DNA of 37,819 bases from a virus. Taxonomy: Duplodnaviria; Caudoviricetes. Positions 34,229 through 37,819 of the stretch are shown one piece after another (the first letter of the stretch is position 1; each line of letters starts with the position of its first letter). The stretch is taken from positions 1-37,819 of IMG/VR virus record IMGVR_UViG_3300044513_003620; one strand, written 5' to 3'. The notes below the pieces were generated by a model. It was not told the DNA's origin, searched no databases, and saw nothing but the letters and a program-made list of their open reading frames with translations. The position numbers and the translations under genes are program-made.

Positions 34229-34603
34229 ATGGAAATGTTTAATGTACATAGAAAAGACGTTCACAACTTCGACGATTATATGAATCTTAAGAAGCCAGCA
34301 TTCGGTGGACCCAGTTCAGCTGAGCCCTTAAAGGATGGAAAAGGTAAGTTTGTGAATAAGGACAGAAAATTACAAGACTTCCAAAGAGTTGTTAAAAGAG
34401 ACGAGGCTTTTGGAAATCAGGTTTTTAATCCAACTTATAAAGCAATGGGGGGAGATCTAGTTCACAAGCAAGAAGCTGGAAAGAATCCTTATAACTATCC
34501 AGATCCTTATAACAATGTTGGTATAGGAATGGTAGAGATTGGAGAATCTAGAGTAGATGAAGGAAAGTGTCAGAGCTTTAAGAGCTTCATTATGAACTCT
34601 TAA
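34229..34603 (+). CDS. Hypothetical late protein
   Basis: 124 aa; VHNFDDYM near the N-terminus and QSFKSFIMNS at the C-terminus. Confidence 0.65.
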   Translation: MEMFNVHRKDVHNFDDYMNLKKPAFGGPSSAEPLKDGKGKFVNKDRKLQDFQRVVKRDEAFGNQVFNPTYKAMGGDLVHKQEAGKNPYNYPDPYNNVGIGMVEIGESRVDEGKCQSFKSFIMNS

Positions 34604-35007
34604 TCTAGTCTGGTTATACTAAGACCTTCCACCATATCTAATCCATCGCCATCAAATTCCTTTGGCTCAATTAATTCGTAATTAAACGCTATTGGATAAT
34701 ATTCATTATCTATGAAGTGAATGGCGTTTCTAATAGTGCTAATAGAGATATTAGAATTGAGATATATGATATTCTTATATTTCTCATTCTTTATGTATAT
34801 TGCCTTATCTAAGAGCTTCTTAATCTCGTAATTTATAAGAAACGATTGGACCTTATTGGGAACAATAAACTTTGAATTAAACTTATCCTTGATGATCTTG
34901 TTCACGTTCAAAATATAGTCCTCCTTACCTTTTTTGGAATAAATTGAGGTAAAGCTTCTAAATTCTCTTATAAATACAACATTTAGCTCTCTATTAGTTT
35001 CCTCCAT
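34600..35007 (-). CDS. Hypothetical protein
   Basis: 135-aa ORF coupled to the dCMP deaminase gene. Confidence 0.7.
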   Translation of the reverse strand: MEETNRELNVVFIREFRSFTSIYSKKGKEDYILNVNKIIKDKFNSKFIVPNKVQSFLINYEIKKLLDKAIYIKNEKYKNIIYLNSNISISTIRNAIHFIDNEYYPIAFNYELIEPKEFDGDGLDMVEGLSITRLD

Positions 35008-35425
35008 AATCTAGCTTTAGGAGGGACACTCCTGCCTCCTTTAGTATTTTTAGACCGTCAAGGTCTCTATATTCTTCTTTGTATATTACTCTCTTTATGC
35101 CAGATTGAATTATTAGCTTACTACAGTCCCTACATGGAGAAAGAGTAAGATATAAAGTAGATCCATTAGAATCTTGGGTAGATTTGGCCAGCTTTGTAAT
35201 TGCATTTGCCTCAGCATGTAATACATACCATTGAGTATCTCCGTTCATGTCCTCACAATCATTCGGAAATCCGCTAGGTGTCCCATTATATCCATCTGAT
35301 ATAATCATGTTACCTTTTACGATAAGAGCTCCTACTTTTTTTCTTTTACAACAAGAATTAGATGACCATTCGCTGGCCATCTTTAAGTAGGTTATATGTC
35401 TTTTTAGTTCCTTATCCTCTACCAT
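34994..35425 (-). CDS. dCMP deaminase
   Basis: C.RKKVGA, DGYNGTP, HAEANA and LSPCRDC. Confidence 0.95.
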   Translation of the reverse strand: MVEDKELKRHITYLKMASEWSSNSCCKRKKVGALIVKGNMIISDGYNGTPSGFPNDCEDMNGDTQWYVLHAEANAITKLAKSTQDSNGSTLYLTLSPCRDCSKLIIQSGIKRVIYKEEYRDLDGLKILKEAGVSLLKLDYGGN

Positions 35426-35672
35426 AAATATTGAATTTATCTTCTTTACTTTCTGGTTTATTAGGTTTATGTTTAATAATTCTACCTGATGGTAGAATAC
35501 AAGAAGATATTAAGATTATGCCGAACCAGTTAACTAGGCTGATCTCTATTCCAATCAAGCTTATTACAAATAGCTTATAGGCTAACCAAGCAAGTATCGA
35601 TATTATGAATTGATTTAATACCCATGATATTAATGCCGCTATAAATGCTAATACTACTTTAAAACCTTCCAT
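35412..35672 (-). CDS. Small membrane protein
   Basis: Two long hydrophobic segments and a charged tail. Confidence 0.65.
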   Translation of the reverse strand: MEGFKVVLAFIAALISWVLNQFIISILAWLAYKLFVISLIGIEISLVNWFGIILISSCILPSGRIIKHKPNKPESKEDKFNIYGRG

Positions 35673-35673
35673 T

Positions 35674-36537
35674 TTATTTATTTATGCTTTTTGAAATCCA
35701 TGACATTAATTTGTCTTCAGTTGAAAAGCCAGATTCCATGTGATCACTTAATATTTTTAGATCAGTCGATGGAGATCCATCGTGAGAAATCAGATTCTTA
35801 GATAGAGTTGGAATTTTAACAGGTTTAAACTCGTTTTCTAGCATTTCAGATACTAGATTAAAGTTTCTTTCATATACATGATATGAATCTACTATGTGAG
35901 TATAACTACCGAGCTTTAATCCAGGATGATAATATCTAAGGTGATTGAGAGCTTGCTGCTGTAAGACAGTAAAGAATGCAATATCGGTTGGAGTACCTAG
36001 AATTGCATCATTGGATCTCATGTGAATTGTTAAATTTAGCTTATAGTCTCTGATTTGCCAGATTCCATACATAGTACAAACAAAATCTTTATTTCCGACG
36101 TATTGGTGTTGTGGTAAATTAAAGTGCATAATTGCTTGCCTAGAGTCTAGATCATTTTTCAGGCAGTTGATTGCCCATTGATACTGACTAAATCCAAATC
36201 TATTCAAATTCTTGAACAATAAGTATCCGTAGGATGAGTTTACTGTTCCATCCTCATTTTGAATACTCTCCCAAAATGAGGCGAATTTTTTAATGAACTC
36301 GACGTCATTCCTGCCTAGAAAATACCAAATTAACTCGGCTGCAATATACTTGCTTTGTGATCCTCTTCTTGAATTATCATATAAACATGATAGAGGATCT
36401 AAGATCTCTAAAGCTACGCCAAGATTTTCCTTGATGTTAAGACCTCTTGGATTAGAGGTATATTCAGGATTAGTATGTAAGTCTCTTAGACTCTGTTCGT
36501 AAACTTCTGAAAATGATTCTCCGGAGTATATGCGCAT
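35674..36537 (-). CDS. Thymidylate-synthase-fold enzyme, probably a dCMP hydroxymethylase/modifying enzyme (T4 gp42-like)
   Basis: YI..EL.WY, GTVNSSYG, DSRQAIM, DFVCT, MRSNDAILGTPTD (Asp at the position of ThyA Asn177) and SYHVYERNF. Confidence 0.75.
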   Translation of the reverse strand: MRIYSGESFSEVYEQSLRDLHTNPEYTSNPRGLNIKENLGVALEILDPLSCLYDNSRRGSQSKYIAAELIWYFLGRNDVEFIKKFASFWESIQNEDGTVNSSYGYLLFKNLNRFGFSQYQWAINCLKNDLDSRQAIMHFNLPQHQYVGNKDFVCTMYGIWQIRDYKLNLTIHMRSNDAILGTPTDIAFFTVLQQQALNHLRYYHPGLKLGSYTHIVDSYHVYERNFNLVSEMLENEFKPVKIPTLSKNLISHDGSPSTDLKILSDHMESGFSTEDKLMSWISKSINK

Positions 36538-36557
36538 ATTAGCTGACTTTATGTAAG

Positions 36558-36586
36558 ATTATACTAAAAACGGGCAATCCGGTTTT
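36558..36586 (-). promoter_or_regulatory. Putative early/middle promoter AAAACC-N16-GTATAAT
   Basis: Identical boxes and spacing to 22240-22268; ends 20 nt upstream of the ATG at 36537. Confidence 0.7.
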
Positions 36587-37817
36587 AGATTGCTTCAGAT
36601 CTACTTGTTTCTACTATATTCATTTCTGAGAAATGATTCGGCATCGAAACCTGTATCTTCTTGTCAAAGAATTCCTCGGGAAGAGATTCATGTGATACTA
36701 CGAATATTGACATGTTGTATATATCAGCGTATTCTCTGAGAATTTCTATTGCTTTATAGACGTTTAACTTATCTAACCCGCTAAATATCTCGTCTAGGAA
36801 CATAACGTTCATCTTATTATGTTTCATCTTTATTAGTTCAATAAATGATAACAAGACAATCAAATTCATCTTCTTTCTCTGACCCGTTGATAGGCTTTCA
36901 GGAGAAATTTCCATACCGAGATGATTAATTACCGGATTAAACTCACTATCAAAACAGAAGGTGAATTTAAAATCAAGTCTCTCTGAGATCTCTGAAATTC
37001 TATTGTTTAGAAGTGGGACTACTCTTTCAATTAAGACTCTTTTTATTCCAGAATCAGAAAGTAAATCATCTAAAGATTGATATAATTCTTTTTCGTCTGA
37101 GTATTGTTTTGATTCCTCCTTTGAATTTGATATATCGTCTTTGATAGTTTTAATAATAGACTTAATTGAATCCTCATGTTCGTTGGTTGTAGATACGTCA
37201 TTCAATTTTTCTAGACTAGTCTCAAGAGCGCTTAGGCTTGACTTTACTTCATAGAATTCAGACTTAGCAGTTTCTTGTTTGTCCCTTAAATCAGATACTT
37301 TCTTTAGAATTTCTTTGTATCCAGTGCTAAGATCTTCCAAGATTGAATTCTCGGCTTTTTTCTTATTTTCAATGGCTTCTTTTATTGAAATGGATCTTTC
37401 TCCTGTTAAATCACTTAAACAGTGTGGACATTTGTTAGACTGGTATATTTTAAGCTTCTTATCAAATTCAGAGATATTGGCTTTAGACTTTGCTATGCTA
37501 GACGTACTGTCTGTTACCTTCTTATTCAGATCATCAATTTGTGTTTTAAGGGAATTGAACTCTGATTTCTTGGATTCTAGAGATATTTTGCCTTGTGATA
37601 TCTTTGATTCTAGATCTTGCTTTTTATCTGAATTGTCCTCGTTTATTTTTTGTCTTAAATCCTTTAGCTGTTGTAGTGACTTTTCTAAAATGGACTCGTT
37701 TTTAGAAATAGAGAGATTTATTGCATCTAAATTTTTAGAGCTGTCTCTGAGATCTTCTTTAACTTTAGATCTCATTTCACTCAGTATGTCTATTCCAAAG
37801 ATTGGATCTACTATTTT
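36585..37817 (-). CDS. gp46: SbcC/Rad50-like recombination nuclease ATPase subunit (T4 gp46), 5' part outside window
   Basis: Coiled coils, Zn-hook CPHC, signature LSTGQ, Walker B MFLDE and VSH. The frame is open to the window end. Confidence 0.92.
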   Translation of the reverse strand, partial: KIVDPIFGIDILSEMRSKVKEDLRDSSKNLDAINLSISKNESILEKSLQQLKDLRQKINEDNSDKKQDLESKISQGKISLESKKSEFNSLKTQIDDLNKKVTDSTSSIAKSKANISEFDKKLKIYQSNKCPHCLSDLTGERSISIKEAIENKKKAENSILEDLSTGYKEILKKVSDLRDKQETAKSEFYEVKSSLSALETSLEKLNDVSTTNEHEDSIKSIIKTIKDDISNSKEESKQYSDEKELYQSLDDLLSDSGIKRVLIERVVPLLNNRISEISERLDFKFTFCFDSEFNPVINHLGMEISPESLSTGQRKKMNLIVLLSFIELIKMKHNKMNVMFLDEIFSGLDKLNVYKAIEILREYADIYNMSIFVVSHESLPEEFFDKKIQVSMPNHFSEMNIVETSRSEAI

Positions 37818-37819
37818 CC

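Noticed and set aside
180-36502. Many short alternative-frame or antisense ORFs in the track (e.g. 681..1091-, 10758..11150+, 22968..23396+, 28217..28516+)
   Set aside because: They lie within or opposite well-supported genes and have no recognisable motifs; shadow ORFs.
35674-36537. Annotation as canonical thyA
   Set aside because: Asp replaces the dUMP-specifying Asn and the PPCH motif is absent, so the gene symbol was withheld.
1-37819. Stop-codon reassignment as in some large phages
   Set aside because: Conserved genes are full length in code 11, and TAA, TAG and TGA all end genes at sensible positions.
1-37819. tRNAs, CRISPR arrays, introns, inteins, homing endonucleases, IS elements
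   Set aside because: Intergenic gaps are under ~100 nt, no repeat-spacer or cloverleaf pattern was seen, and conserved proteins have normal lengths.

Overview
A 37.8 kb segment of a large AT-rich, T4-superfamily-like (probably jumbo) myophage. The host is most likely Bacteroidota/Flavobacteriia, inferred from the Bacteroidota-type Gmk and dCMP deaminase and from A-rich starts that mostly lack a Shine-Dalgarno site. The + strand carries virion genes: baseplate/hub/spike (370-6478), DnaJ, a prohead protease-scaffold fusion and major capsid protein (16476-21109), small head-type proteins and a tail tube (32299-34603). Several of these are preceded by T4-like late promoters (T)ATAAATA. The - strand carries a ~10 kb glycan-biosynthesis operon (6480-16420) with NeuB, NeuA, a HAD phosphatase, three CstII/Maf-like and one KpsS-like CMP-ulosonate transferases, GT8/RgpF, pyruvyl- and methyl-transferases. 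It also carries DNA-metabolism genes: Gmk, topo II gp52/gp39, a DinG helicase, eukaryote-type PMM, a NEIL1-like glycosylase, dCMP deaminase, a ThyA-fold enzyme and gp46/SbcC. A second promoter class, WAAACY-N16-RTAHAAW, recurs with fixed spacing. Highlights: (1) an apparently self-contained phage nonulosonic-acid (possibly KDN) synthesis-and-transfer system; (2) the ThyA-fold enzyme has T4 gp42 dCMP-hydroxymethylase signatures, pointing to modified cytosine; (3) a late promoter sits in the loop of a hairpin that covers the protease start; (4) a nested scaffold with 14-aa repeats; (5) Gmk has no canonical start codon; (6) a recombination scar lies inside the glycan operon. All assignments come from motif recognition by eye; no searches were run.
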